A DNA stretch of 64,000 nt from Eledone cirrhosa. Lineage: Eukaryota. Made by a program: the position numbers and the translations under genes. Numbering within the stretch: position 1 is the first letter of the stretch; every line of letters begins with the position of its first letter. Shown piece by piece: positions 30,880 to 45,784 of this stretch. The DNA is taken from contig OZ024759.1 of NCBI GenBank assembly GCA_964016885.1, positions 33,294,001-33,358,000 of the forward strand, in the 5' to 3' direction. The notes under the pieces were generated by a model, which was not told the DNA's origin, ran no database searches, and saw nothing but the letters and a program-made list of their open reading frames with translations.

Positions 30880-31110
30880 TACCACTGATGATGATGTAAA
30901 TGTGCAACGAAAGAACTTTGAGAGACTATATATATATATTTATCTCTGTATTTTTAACCGCTAAACATTGATAAACATTGATTGCCAAATAAATTTACTA
31001 TGGAGATATAAAAGTTACAGAAGCGAAAGCCAACCAAACAGTGAGTGTGTTCTGTTATTATTTCTGGCAATATTATTACAACAATATGACCCTCCCCAAG
31101 TATAACAATA
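30880..31110 (+). mobile_element. PLE family A pLTR, diverged copy with a degenerate minimal hammerhead
   Basis: CTGATGA (30885-91)...GAAAgaacTTtg; ends in atgaccctccccaagtataacaat, like the 55.9-kb copy. Confidence 0.65.
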
Positions 31111-31118
31111 TATATATA

Positions 31119-31223
31119 ACCTCCCACATCTCCGACACCAACCACGCCCTGCGCCTTTTCGACTCCTTCACCTACCTACCCGGCCCACAGCCATTCCTCT
31201 TCACCATAGACATCAAGTCCCTC
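31119..31223 (+). pseudogene. Penelope-like reverse transcriptase fragment (motif A region)
   Basis: TSHISDTNHALRLFDSFTYLPGPQPFLFTIDIKSL resembles the PLE RT pattern PSYIxDT...LxTxDVxSLY. It lies directly after a pLTR-like segment. Confidence 0.75.
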
Positions 31224-31341
31224 CCCCCACCTACCCCCACTCTCCTGAGCGTGAATTTAATAAACATTTATTGTACTGCCTCTCTGTTCTGTCCCTGTTC
31301 AAAAAATGTTTCATTATATATATATATATATATATATATAT

Positions 31342-31774
31342 AGGAAAGAGTAGGACCCCGACGGCTAATTCTGAACTAAATGAACATTTTTATCCCGGTA
31401 CATGAATAGCCGAGCTTCTCAGGGGGTAATTCCATACATGGTAAAAGTGATTGTCACAAGGATTGGTCAAAAGTTTGTTGTTGAGACACATAATTCTATC
31501 ATGGCAATTTGTGGAAGGAAGGGGTAGCTGAACTTGCCAGTAGAAGAAAGAGGGAGAGGGAGGGGAGGAAACTCAGCCGTGCGTTGATAGTGCGAACTAC
31601 AGCAGGATCCTAAGGATAAGAGGTCAAGAGAAGTATACTAGGGAGGGGGAGGGGGATGGGGAGGAATTAGAAACAGTAAGTAAATCAATATGGAGTAAAT
31701 GTATAGAAGAATAATAAGTATTGAGTACTTTGGTGCGTTATGGTCCATCTGGTTCCTTACCACATTTCCTTCGT

Positions 31775-31775
<1 letters not shown>
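31342..31775. mobile_element. PLE-like family B element (inverted hammerhead part plus a shared tail)
   Basis: Minus strand: accccCTGAGAAgctcggctattc...gaattagccgtcggggtc. The plus-strand tail aagtattgagtactttggtgcgttatggtcca...cttcgtta is shared with the 43.6-kb and 57.95-kb copies. Confidence 0.65.
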
Positions 31776-31823
<48 letters not shown>

Positions 31824-32881
31824 ATGAAGCAAACATTGTGTACATCTGGTTGACGGATCATCGACTGTTTAAACTACATCACATCCTAAATTCATGGCCC
31901 CTATTATTCATTCGGTCCTAGTTACCAGCTTTGTGTAGTGTTCAATCTCTACTCTAAATCATGCAGATCTTTCCCTCCATATACCTGTCGTCCGCGTCAC
32001 TCAGGGCCTCTCTATACACATTTCTTCCCAAAATTAGTTGACCTGCAATAGTCTATATACATATCAATTGCTTCAACCCCTGTTGATTTTGGAGAGCCAG
32101 TGACGGTCACGGTTAGACTACCTTTTTCCGTCAGTCTAAGCAAGTAAAGAAAATGAAATAAAACATCGTATTTCGTTTGTAACGAAACATTGTAAAACTT
32201 CGTATCTTTTCTCACTTCAGTGTTGCTGTTTTACATCAGCATAACCTCAAAAGCAGTGAACCTCTATCAAAGTATACATTTGTATTAGTTACTGCTCCTG
32301 TATTTCTATTTCTGCGTGTGTTTGTAAATATATATTTATCTCTATGTGGGTATATTTGTAAATACGTATGATTTTGTATGTGAGTATATTTGTAAATATG
32401 TATGTACATCTCTGTGGGTATATTTGCAAACATATATGTATTTGTATGTGGGTAATATCTGTGATATGCAGTTATGAATACATATATGGTTATGATAACT
32501 ATGTATTTCTTTCTACTGTCTCTAGTTGCAATTGAGCTTATATTTATATGTTACTGTGTCTATATATAAAACATTTATTGTTGGTGGATGTGTGTGTATT
32601 TCTAACTGGTTGCATCTTTGAATGTATATATTCTTTTGACCAAGGGTGTTTATATGCTTTTTTGTGAAGTAGGTTTTTTTGTTATTGTATTTGTTCCTGA
32701 GTTTCTTTGTAAGTAAGTGTGCCTTTGTGTACTTTTGAACGTGTGTTCCATTGTAGCCGAGTATCTTTTTTATAGCCGCAAATATTTAGCCATTTTGTGT
32801 ATGTGTATGTTCTTTTTAATTTTTTTTTTTTTGCATCGATGTATGCCTTTGTAAATGTATATGTGATAGTAACTACGTGGC

Positions 32882-32973
<92 letters not shown>

Positions 32974-34095
32974 ATAGTAGTTATGTATGTATATATAAAT
33001 GTATATGTGATAATAACTGTATATGTATATGTGATAGTCACTATGTGTGTATATGTAAATGTATATATTTATTTTCAATGTGTATTTATTTGTGGCAGTT
33101 TATGTGTTTGTGGTTTTGAATATGTTAGTATTTGTGAATATGTGTATTTCTACAAACGTGTGCGTCTTTGTAAATGTATATATGTTTGGAACTATGTGAG
33201 AATATGTAAATATCTGTGTATGAGTTAAAACGTTTGTCTTTCGAAATGTGGTCGCTTGACTCTATCTCTATGAGGTCGGCGTGTCTTTGTAAAATGGCCG
33301 CTATATGTGTTGCACAAAACAAACACTTCCATAAAGTTCGTACAAATTTAATATAATAGATCGAACAAAAATGTATAAATACTGATTGAAAATCTTTTAT
33401 TAATCTGGTTTACACTTAGAACTTCGATCTTCCATTATCAACCAATTTTATCCACTTATTTCTACACGATTTCATTAAATGTTTTTCGGAGTAAAAAAAA
33501 AAAGAAAAAGAAACACCATCCCTCACTAGTTTTCTAGTTTTCATCCATAAAGTAGAAACGAAAAAAAAATGAGAGAGAGAGAAAAAAAGAAAGAGGATTG
33601 AGACGAAAATAGAAAGGAAAGAGAAGATGAGAAAAAAGAAATATTCTTGATTCATTGTGTTTCAGACTTAACCATTATTCTCATCAGCAACCGTAACATC
33701 ATGATCAGAATCAGAATCATCACCATCATCATTAACAAAACTCCATAGATTACCAATACAAAAACACTAACGTCTCCAACTTCCCCACCAACATCTACTG
33801 TAATCACTAACTACTATAACTACCAGCACGGCTTCCAATAGACTATTACCAAAGTCACTGATACTACAACTGTGATTCCCATCCTTAGTATTAACCATAC
33901 TACCATTGAGACTACCATAAATAACAGAGGTTGGAGTTGGACTGACATCCTCATTCATTGCCAAATTCCAAAGGGAAAATATTTCTCAATAAAAAGCCTT
34001 TATTTGTTTTCTATTATGAAGAATGAATTGATGAATAAAGCATAGTAACGGGATATCATAGTATACCACTCTCACAATAGATAGATGATACTGTC

Positions 34096-34192
<97 letters not shown>

Positions 34193-34447
34193 TTTTTACG
34201 TATACACACATATATATATATTTACATATATATATATATAAGAACGTTACTTCTCGCTCTAGCACAGCTGATACGTAAAGGTGCGCGTATATAGATACGC
34301 ACACACACATATATATATATATATATACACGTATCCGTATATATATATATATATATATATATACACGCACACACATATATACGTATACATAATAATATGG
34401 ATATGAATATATGTGTGTATGTATATACATTTGAGTGTACGTATGAT

Positions 34448-34590
<143 letters not shown>

Positions 34591-34842
34591 CGTGCATGTA
34601 TATGTGCGTGTGTGTGTGTGAGTGCATGTATGTATGTAAGTGTGTGTGTCCATCTATATGATTAGCAGACTGTAAATGGCAATTGCTTAATCTGCTGAGC
34701 TATAAACTAGGCAGAGATATTTATGGTAAAATGTTTGCAATTATTGTGTTTATATAATTTCTCGTATTCCCTCAACTGAGTAAAAATATAATGGAATAAA
34801 GGGATTGTTAGGGTTAAAGGAAACCATGTACCACAATATACG

Positions 34843-34887
<45 letters not shown>

Positions 34888-35055
34888 GTGTATATATATA
34901 TATGTATATATATATAAATATGTTTATATATATGTAAATATACATGTATATATACATGTGTATATATATATATACATACATATGTGTAAATATATATGTA
35001 TATATATATAAATATATTTATATATATGTATATATATATGTATATATATATATAG

Positions 35056-35097
<42 letters not shown>

Positions 35098-35109
35098 ATC
35101 TATATCTAT

Positions 35110-35179
<70 letters not shown>

Positions 35180-35256
35180 ATATATATATATATTTATAGA
35201 TAATTATATCTCATACTTATTTACATATACATACATCTCTATCTCTATCTATCTAT

Positions 35257-35350
<94 letters not shown>

Positions 35351-36888
35351 CTGTCTGTATGTAAGTGTGTTGTACGGGTCAATTTATATCTTTGTACTGA
35401 ATATAAGGAAATTTTGTTTATAAGCTGCAACTTCATAGTAACTCTATTTTATAATCTACTTTAACATAACACAGCATAAGAGATGCAATAAATTACGTAT
35501 GTGATGATCATGAGAGCCAATACAACATAACAATAGCAACAACAACAACATCAAACAGTAAATATCAACCACATCAATAACAATTACCAGAACCTCTGCC
35601 CCACCACCAACAAAAACAAACTCCGGCTACCATCACCACCAACATGAAAACCTAAAACCTGCTCTACTATTACCGAATTACTACACCAATAGCGAACCTA
35701 TTGAGCAATACCAATAACATGAAAGGTCTACAGACTCCGAGAATAATAACAATCTACAAAACTAATACCAACATGAAAAACAAGATTAAAATCTCCAGCA
35801 ACGTTGTATCTCGTGTTACTACCGTTAAAAACCTTTAAAATGAAAACCTCTATCACCAATACTATTGCTACTGCTACTAACAACAACCAGCGCTTCTTAC
35901 GCAAACACACAAAAAACGTCGTTACCAATGCCACTAACACCATTACTAACATCGCTACTAACAACCGATTTACACACTTATATCGTTACATATCCTCTGC
36001 AACTCTTAAATCAATCAACATCGCAAACATCAATACTGGTTTGTATCAAATAACAAATTTCAAAACAAAATGAAAGAACTATAAAAAACAACAACTGACC
36101 AATACCCCAAACATGGTAGCTATATATATGTACTATACTAAGACCTGCTAAACGTAGCAATTAAATTGTCTTTACAGTGAGATTTTTGTTGGTGTTTTTT
36201 ACGTCATAAAATATAGAGCTAGTTACCGATATATATATGGCTATGGTTGTGGTTACTTAGATGATAGGTTATCGTAGGGTTATACGAGAGCAACGACTGA
36301 TATCAAACAGAACACTGACACCTCAATAGACAATCTGAAATCAGCTTTAACCCGGTGGCAATATATACAACACCAACACCAAACAAACAAACTACAGCAC
36401 TTTGCTCCATAAATCACACTAATCATATTATTGCTAGATAGCAAAAAACAGTAAAAATAGAAGACAACATAATATGGAAGGCTCATAAAACATTACAAAA
36501 TTGCACCATCTTACTAGTATGATTTTCATATATATATATATATATATATATATTAATTTAACAGTATTATTTTATTTTAAAAGTGTTGACTCATGATGCA
36601 CCATTACCATTACAAATATACTACACAATATATGTATTTCCATACAATAGAACTAATGTTTGTTTAAAATTCAGGAAAACAAGTTGAAATATAAAAGAAA
36701 AAAACGTGTTATTTATTGTAAGGACAAATAATTAGATCTACACTCATGCCAAATGTTTCAGTATAGGTTTAACGGGAAAGGAATGTCACTCGTTCAATGA
36801 TGTGACCCGTGGTAATGTGTAAACGTTATAAAACTATATACTGTTATAGGTCATTTTGAATGGGAATATATCTCGGGAGAATTTGTAC

Positions 36889-36939
<51 letters not shown>

Positions 36940-37096
36940 TATAAACACACACGCACACACACACATATATATATACATATATTATATATATGTATTGCCA
37001 CCGACGGGAATTGTTGCAAAAACTTTAGTCGAAGACCGTTGGCATCATTCACAAATATATTTATACTATATTTAATCTATACACACATATACACGC

Positions 37097-37192
<96 letters not shown>

Positions 37193-37280
37193 CTGTGTGA
37201 GGTATATATATATATATATATATAATATAAATATATATATAATATATATATATAATATAAATGTATATATAATATATATA

Positions 37281-37711
37281 TTTATTAAAATAACAGATTA
37301 AAGTTTAAGCAAAGAATCGCTGCTTTCACCCTTAACGGGATCTTCTGAAACTAACAAAGTCAATCTGTAAACGCAGAACTGGATATTTCAAAAAACGTTG
37401 CAACCGGAGGAAGACAGGAAGACGATACTTTGGTTCGTGGTAACGTTCGCTGGCAAAGAACGGGAAAAAACGAATTATACGTCATTAATAGGAGCGGTGA
37501 AAAACAATTACGCGCAAAGACAAAACCACATTTATGGTATAAAAGAGGTCGTAGACTAATGTTCTCTTAGGTGGTGCATAGAGACGTTCTCTGGCAATGA
37601 ACGAAAAAACGAAGATAATAAGTCATATGTGGAGCGTGGAGAAGAATAGCACGCAAAGACAAAACCACGTAAATGGTATAGCAGAAATCGTAGACTAAAA
37701 TTCTAACTAGG
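37281..37711 (-). mobile_element. Interspersed repeat family C, longest copy, with an internal ~141-bp tandem duplication
   Basis: Copies at 6157-6307, 50292-50363, 56307-56351 and 57357-57612. The minus strand carries a hammerhead-like vestige CAGAAGA-tccc-gttaa-gggt-GAAA and ends aataaa before (TA)n. Confidence 0.8.
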
Positions 37712-37849
37712 AGACCAAATGAATCTCCACTACAGAGTTAAGGTTTTGCGTATGCTTGTGTATGTACGTATCTGTTTGCGTGTATGTATTTATTTGTTTC
37801 TATTACTTCTGTATTGTATTTATTTACTTTGTTCTTAACTCTGTAGATT

Positions 37850-38106
<257 letters not shown>

Positions 38107-38290
38107 AATATATATATATGTAATATATATATATAATATATATATATATATACATATATAATATATATATATAGTATATATATATATATAAAATATAGTA
38201 ATAATAATAAATTTGAACACTAAAACCCAAAGAGGGCTATATATATATATATATATACATATTTTTCTACGATTCTCGCTGAATTATATT

Positions 38291-38346
<56 letters not shown>

Positions 38347-38879
38347 TTAACAGCATACTGAATGTATGGTAAGATTTATTATTCACATTATTCAATTGTT
38401 GAACAGTTAAAGAATATATATATTATCAAATTAAATGTTACAAACTGAAATTTCATTTTATTTCTCTTTAAATCAATTGTCACTTTCTTAAACTTTCAAG
38501 ATTTGCTAAAATCTCGGCGTTCCTAATAAGAACCGCACAATTTTATCATCCGACATTTTTAATTTTATGTAATTATTGAATTTTTGTCCAACGAAAACAG
38601 CTTTTACAAAGTTTCATATCGCAGAAATAAATTTTGAAAATGTTTGTCTTGTCCTTGTTTATGTTGGAGGTAATTCTCTTGTTCGAATTTGTTTCTTTTT
38701 TTTTAAGCTTTTCTTCTTATTCTTCCTCTTCTTTCATCTTCTTCTTCCTCCTTCTGTTTCTTCTCCCCCTCCTCATTTTTCCTTCGTCTCCCTTCTTCCT
38801 TCTTTATTCCTTCATTTTCTTTCTCTTTCCTCCTTCTTCCTTCCTCTGTTTCATCCTTCTTCTTCCATCTCCTTCTGCT

Positions 38880-39075
38880 TGCGGCAGACACCATGCTGTG
38901 AAGCAAAGAGCTTTGACCCTTTTTGATCTAAGTTCAAATCTCGCGGAGGTTAACTTTGCATTTCATCCTTACGAGGTCGACAAAATAAAGTACCAGTGAC
39001 GCACTGGGGTCGATTTAATCGACTTTCCCTCCTCCAAAATTGCTGGCCTTGTGCCTATATGAGAAACCATTATTA
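38880..39075 (+). mobile_element. Meta-like SINE
   Basis: agttcaaatctcgcggaggttaactttgcatttcatccttacgaggtcgacaaaataaagtaccag...ggccttgtgcc. Confidence 0.88.
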
Positions 39076-39450
39076 TTCTCATGATTCATGTTTTTAAATC
39101 TTAGACACCTAGATGTTGAAAGATGCGGGTATTCCTGTTACGATGCATTCAACATCAAGTTGACAAAATTCCCTCACTGCATCCTTTCCTGTGTTTATCA
39201 TAGTTAAACTTTCCTTAAAATAATGTTGTACCAAATTTACATCCATACACACAATACATACATCCAAACAAACATTCGTAAATACAATACATAAGTAAAT
39301 TTAGGTACAAGGCCAAATGTTAGGGCAGGGAAAGTCACACTCACTGTTTGTAATAACTGGAAGTAAATTGAACTGAGAATGTTAGGAGACAGAAAAAGTA
39401 CACGGAGGAATTTTTTCAAACATTCTACTAATGTTGCCAACACAACACCC

Positions 39451-39451
39451 T

Positions 39452-39540
<89 letters not shown>
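39451..39540. repeat. Compound (CTA)n(CGA)n microsatellite
   Basis: Direct reading; the two units differ by one base, in register. Confidence 0.95.
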
Positions 39541-39680
39541 TGGAGAAGAAGAAGAAAAAAGAAAAAGAAACACAAGAAGAAAAGGCAAGATATGAAAGAG
39601 AAAGAAAAAGACCAAAACGTTGGAAGAATATAAAGATGTTCATATGTATATACATACATAAATAAACAAACAACATATAC

Positions 39681-39724
<44 letters not shown>

Positions 39725-39730
39725 AAATAA

Positions 39731-39812
<82 letters not shown>

Positions 39813-40363
39813 CACATATATATGTGCATGTGTATGTGTTAATCTGTGTGTGTCTCTGCACATATGCACCAATTTTACTTTCATATAAAAAGTGTTTTTT
39901 TAAGTTTTCCCTATTCTAATATTTTCTATACAAATTTAAATTTCATTATCTCTTTATAGTTTATCATAATATTTTCTTTGAATTAATTCAGTACATCGCT
40001 CTGTTTATTTAACGTAATAATTTTAACCACTTCGACATTTTATAGTAAAAAAATTTTAAGAAAAAGTAACAAAAAGAAATCAGAAAAAAGGGGGAATAAA
40101 TTTTCGATAAATTTGTTTAAGCTTTTAAAATCCCAATTCCTGTAATTTTCTCAATCGTTAGCAAATGTAAACATATGCTACTTCAGGTTTATTGTCCATA
40201 ACAGACTGCTGAGACTGTAGAAGTGTGTAGAGAAATCTATTTGGTAGAAAAGAAGGCAAGACGAGAATCTAATGGATAGAATTTAGACTTGTTTCTATTT
40301 TTATAAGCCTATGGTCGATATGGTAAATTAAATAACATGTCTTTGAGTAACTGGTGCTGAAAC

Positions 40364-40441
<78 letters not shown>

Positions 40442-40550
40442 ATGTGTATATATAGTCATACATGTATATATATATATACATATATACATATATATACACA
40501 TGTATTGATATATATATATACATGTATTGATATATATATATATATATATA

Positions 40551-40622
40551 TTAGGTCGTAAAATATGAAATTTGTAGAAAATTTGTAGAGAAATAACTTT
40601 TTACAAAATTCAATACTTGACG

Positions 40623-40628
<6 letters not shown>
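40551..40628. mobile_element. ~78-bp mariner-type MITE (MADE1-like architecture)
   Basis: Left end TA-ttaggtcgtaaaatatgaaatttgtagaaa versus reverse complement of the right end TA-ttggatcgtcaagtattgaattttgtaaaa; inserted in (TA)n. Confidence 0.55.
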
Positions 40629-40715
<87 letters not shown>

Positions 40716-40791
40716 TGTTTGTTAAAATAATCAAATTAAATTAATGCAACAGTTAAACATACATAGGTATAATAAGGTTGTACCAAAGATC

Positions 40792-41265
40792 CATAAGATT
40801 GACAAGTCGACCCTAAATATGAGTAAGAGCTCTAGGAAAGCCATGAAGCCCACCACATCTTTTAAATTTTGAAAGGTTTATATTCATAAATTTTCATTGT
40901 ACTTTTGTAGTTATCTCGGTGGCCGAGTTGGAGGAATTACAGACTATGGTGATCCTAGTCTAAAGTTCGATGCTGGTCGGGAGTAGGGTTCCCGGTAAAC
41001 TTTTTCAGTTTTTTTTCTTCTATGGGATGTAAAATAAAAACTGAAAAAGGTTACATGTACCTCTTGACCAGGATTGAACCTAATGCCGTGATCTCCACCG
41101 TCTCTAGTACCTACCGGTAGGCTACAGAGACAACTACAAAAAGCTCGTGAAAATGTATACTTATAAACCTACTTTCAACATTTTCAAAACAAAACGATGA
41201 GGGGGCGTTCATGGGTTTCTTAATGTTATTGCTACTACTTAAGGTCCACTTCTAAATCGTTTATG
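40792..41265. mobile_element. Decayed fold-back element with ~230-bp inverted arms, each carrying a tRNA-like unit
   Basis: The arms align by eye along their length. tRNA-like units at 40914-40982 (+; A box tggccgagttgg, B box gttcgatgc) and 41060-41131 (-; B box ggttcaatcc), each followed by T-runs. Confidence 0.65.
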
Positions 41266-41455
41266 TGTTCCATAAACTACATCCTCATTTTGTTGCACAT
41301 CTATCTAGACTATATTTTAAACTGTAATCCATGTCTCATTTCTTTTGCACCTCACTTCTCCCCCTCCTCTCTGTCATATTTGAACCTACATGTTTGGGCT
41401 TACCTTATTCATATATATGTTTTTGCATGTCAGATTCAAACTTACAATGGTTGGC

Positions 41456-41490
<35 letters not shown>

Positions 41491-41642
41491 TGTAATCTGA
41501 GTTTTTCGAATATTAATAATAACATTCGATTCGTTTGCAATTTTGTAAACAAGCCTCAATTTTATTTATATATATATATATATATATAATAATAATAAAA
41601 TGTGGAGAGGAAGCATACGAGTTATATATATATATATATAGG

Positions 41643-42280
41643 AAAACAGGGAGCAAGAGACGATTATTAGGAAGAAACATATATTTTCTGGGTTAGCAAA
41701 TGATTAAAACGAAATGTTTTATTTTGTGTGAAGTGTTAAGGTATTAGTTGATTTATTTATTATTTAACAATGGCATTTATGTATCTATTTATATATTTAA
41801 TTATTATCTATTACCGGTTTCAGCATTTTTATGCATTATCAAATGATAGTGAAATGTATTAGACTGGTGTTGCACATGTTAAACAGAGGGTGCAGAAAGA
41901 ATAATGTTATTTACAAGCAAGGTTTATGAAGTGAAAAGAAAAAAGTAAAAGTAAAAAAAACGTGCATAATGTAGAGCATAAAAAGTCAATATGGAAGAAA
42001 AGATAATGTGTTTTACAAGCTTAGTAATTGAAGTTAAGCAGATCAAAATGTGTTAATATAGCAAGAGTGCTTAGATGATCCATGATTCCATGATGGAGGC
42101 AAATAGATAAATAAATGCCATTGTTAAATAATAAATAAATCAACTAATACCTGAACACTTCACACAAATTAAAACATTTCGTTTTAATCATTTTCTAACC
42201 CAGAAAAAAGAGAGAGAGAAACAAAAAGGGAACAAAAAAAATTATTTTTCTTTCTAATAATCGTCCCTTTCTCCCTGTTT

Positions 42281-42281
<1 letters not shown>
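41643..42281. mobile_element. PLE-like family D element: ~150-bp inverted repeats flanking a minus-strand minimal hammerhead
   Basis: Arms 41643-41790 and 42101-42281 (the right arm has a short insertion); (TA)n on both sides. Confidence 0.75.
41804..41849 (-). ncRNA. Minimal hammerhead ribozyme motif, U3-A8 variant
   Basis: Minus strand: tatcat UUGAUAA t-gcat-aaaa-atgc-t GAAA ccgg UA at(a)gata. Stem III is the palindrome ACCGGU; GUA triplet. Confidence 0.6.
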
Positions 42282-42339
<58 letters not shown>

Positions 42340-42443
42340 TACATATATACATACATATATACACCAAGCACATTCACTCAAGTATCTAAGGTGAGACCTG
42401 TACTCATGTAGTACATGTTTTAACAAGTAAAGTTATGCCTTAT

Positions 42444-42511
<68 letters not shown>

Positions 42512-43474
42512 ATATAATGTTTTGATTACTTTAGGGGGCATCAATGCGAACCCTCAATGTAAGTACTTTAAAATTTGAGTTGAAGAGGAATGTCAATTAA
42601 ATCGACACCATTGTTTTACTGGTACTTTATTTTATCTGCCACGCACGAGTGGAAAATGAACTTAACCACGGCTGGATTTGAGTTTAGAACATAAATTACC
42701 CTAACTTTGAGACACAGAGCAACACATATGTAAGAATGACGCCATAAAGCCTAGATTTTCGATATTCTTTTTGATTCATAATACGGTGATCTTTCATAAC
42801 ATCTGAAAGCATTTCTAAGTAGTGTGTTGGAACTGAGATGTCTGTAAATCTGTAAAGGTGTTAACACGCTAAATAACCTTATTAGAAAATTGTTTAACAT
42901 AGAACTATGGAACTTCGTGTTGAGATAATCATTCGAAACTATATTCACTTATAAAGGCTCAACCTATTGAAATTAGTTTACTCTCTGTAATAATTCCGTA
43001 TATTAAATTCCGAATATTCTTCAACAATTTCATATTTTTAACGACAAGACATTTCTTGTAGAATTGAATGTTGTTGTTACCCTTCGTTTGATCGCTGTTG
43101 TTGTTGTTACACTTGCTCTTGTTGTTATTGTTGTTGTTGTAGTTATTGTTACTGTGGTTGTTACATTTACGTCACGTTTGTAATACGTGTTTTCTCTTTT
43201 CTTTTCGATTTAGAAGAAGAATGAGAAGAATAAAGAGGAGAGGAAGTAAAAGAAGAAAAAGAAAAAGAAAAAGAAGAAGAAGAAGAAAAAGAAGAAGAAG
43301 AAGAATACGCAAATGATTTTAATGTAATTAGAACATTATTATAAGCAAATAAATCTTTAGATGTAAGAAATTGATTGTGAAATGAATTTCTTAACAATTT
43401 TGTTGCGCGTTCTGACCTTCAGGACCACGTTTGCGTTCAAGCGGGTGAATGGGTGTATATATTTATCTATATAT

Positions 43475-43670
43475 ATAGGAAATAGTATGACCACGACGGC
43501 AGAGCTCAAGCCGTTTAGACGGCTATTTCTGTCCAGATATAGCCGTCGAAACGGCTTGAGCTCTGCTGTTGGGGGTCATACTTTTTCCTATTTCCTACTC
43601 TACTACCCTAAGTATTGAGTACTCTGGTGCGTTATGGTCCATCTGGTTCCTTAGCACAATTCCTTTGTTT
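43475..43670. mobile_element. PLE-like family B palindromic element plus tail
   Basis: Imperfect palindrome 43475-43591 made of two half-hammerheads, followed by the shared tail. Confidence 0.75.
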
Positions 43671-43689
43671 TATATATGTATATACAAAC

Positions 43690-43723
<34 letters not shown>

Positions 43724-43728
43724 ATAAA

Positions 43729-43765
<37 letters not shown>

Positions 43766-43959
43766 GTATATACAAACATATATATATATTTACACGCACT
43801 TAATTTCACTTACGTACCTACTTACAAACATATCTCCTTACATACAGACACATACATTGACACACACACATGCCTCTCTGCAACTAAGTAAATTTGGCAC
43901 ATGCATTTGTTTGTCGTATATCAAAGATTTTAGAAATAAATATGCAGAAAGAAAAAAAT

Positions 43960-45140
<1,181 letters not shown>

Positions 45141-45434
45141 TATGGAGAACAGTACAGGCAACAAATCAAAAATTACCTTACGACAATTAACGCCATAAAA
45201 ATGTGTAAACTGTGTCCTTGTTAATTCAACTATATATTTGATTAAATTTAAGCTGCTTTTATCTTCTTTTGAACTAAACATGTTGGGTTGAAAATACATA
45301 GAAATAAAGAAATAAAATATGTGACTGATGCGAATATAAATGTGACTTGGATTCCTACGTAGATATACATAAATGTGCATACGTACTGGCGGATATATGT
45401 ATATAAGTATGAATATGTGTATATTTATGGATCT

Positions 45435-45650
45435 ACGTATATATGTATATATGTACGTATATTATGTATGTATGTTATGTATATATGTATACATGTACGT
45501 ATATTATGTAAGTATGTTATGTATATATGTATACATGTACGTATATTATGTATGTATGTTGTGTATACATGTATATTATGTATGTATGTTATGTATATAT
45601 GTATACATGTACGTATATTATGTATGTATGTTGTGTATATATGTATACAT
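45435..45650. repeat. ~42-bp AT-rich minisatellite
   Basis: acgtatattatgtatgtatgttatgtatatatgtatacatgt repeated ~5 times. Confidence 0.85.
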
Positions 45651-45749
45651 GTATGTATATATATATATATATACATATATATGTTTTTGTATGTATACAT
45701 ATATGTATATATATATATATATGTAATTATATATATATATATGTAATTA

Positions 45750-45784
<35 letters not shown>

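Noticed and set aside
40914-40982. Functional tRNA gene
   Set aside because: The anticodon and T stems do not pair well; treated as a tRNA-like part of a repeat.
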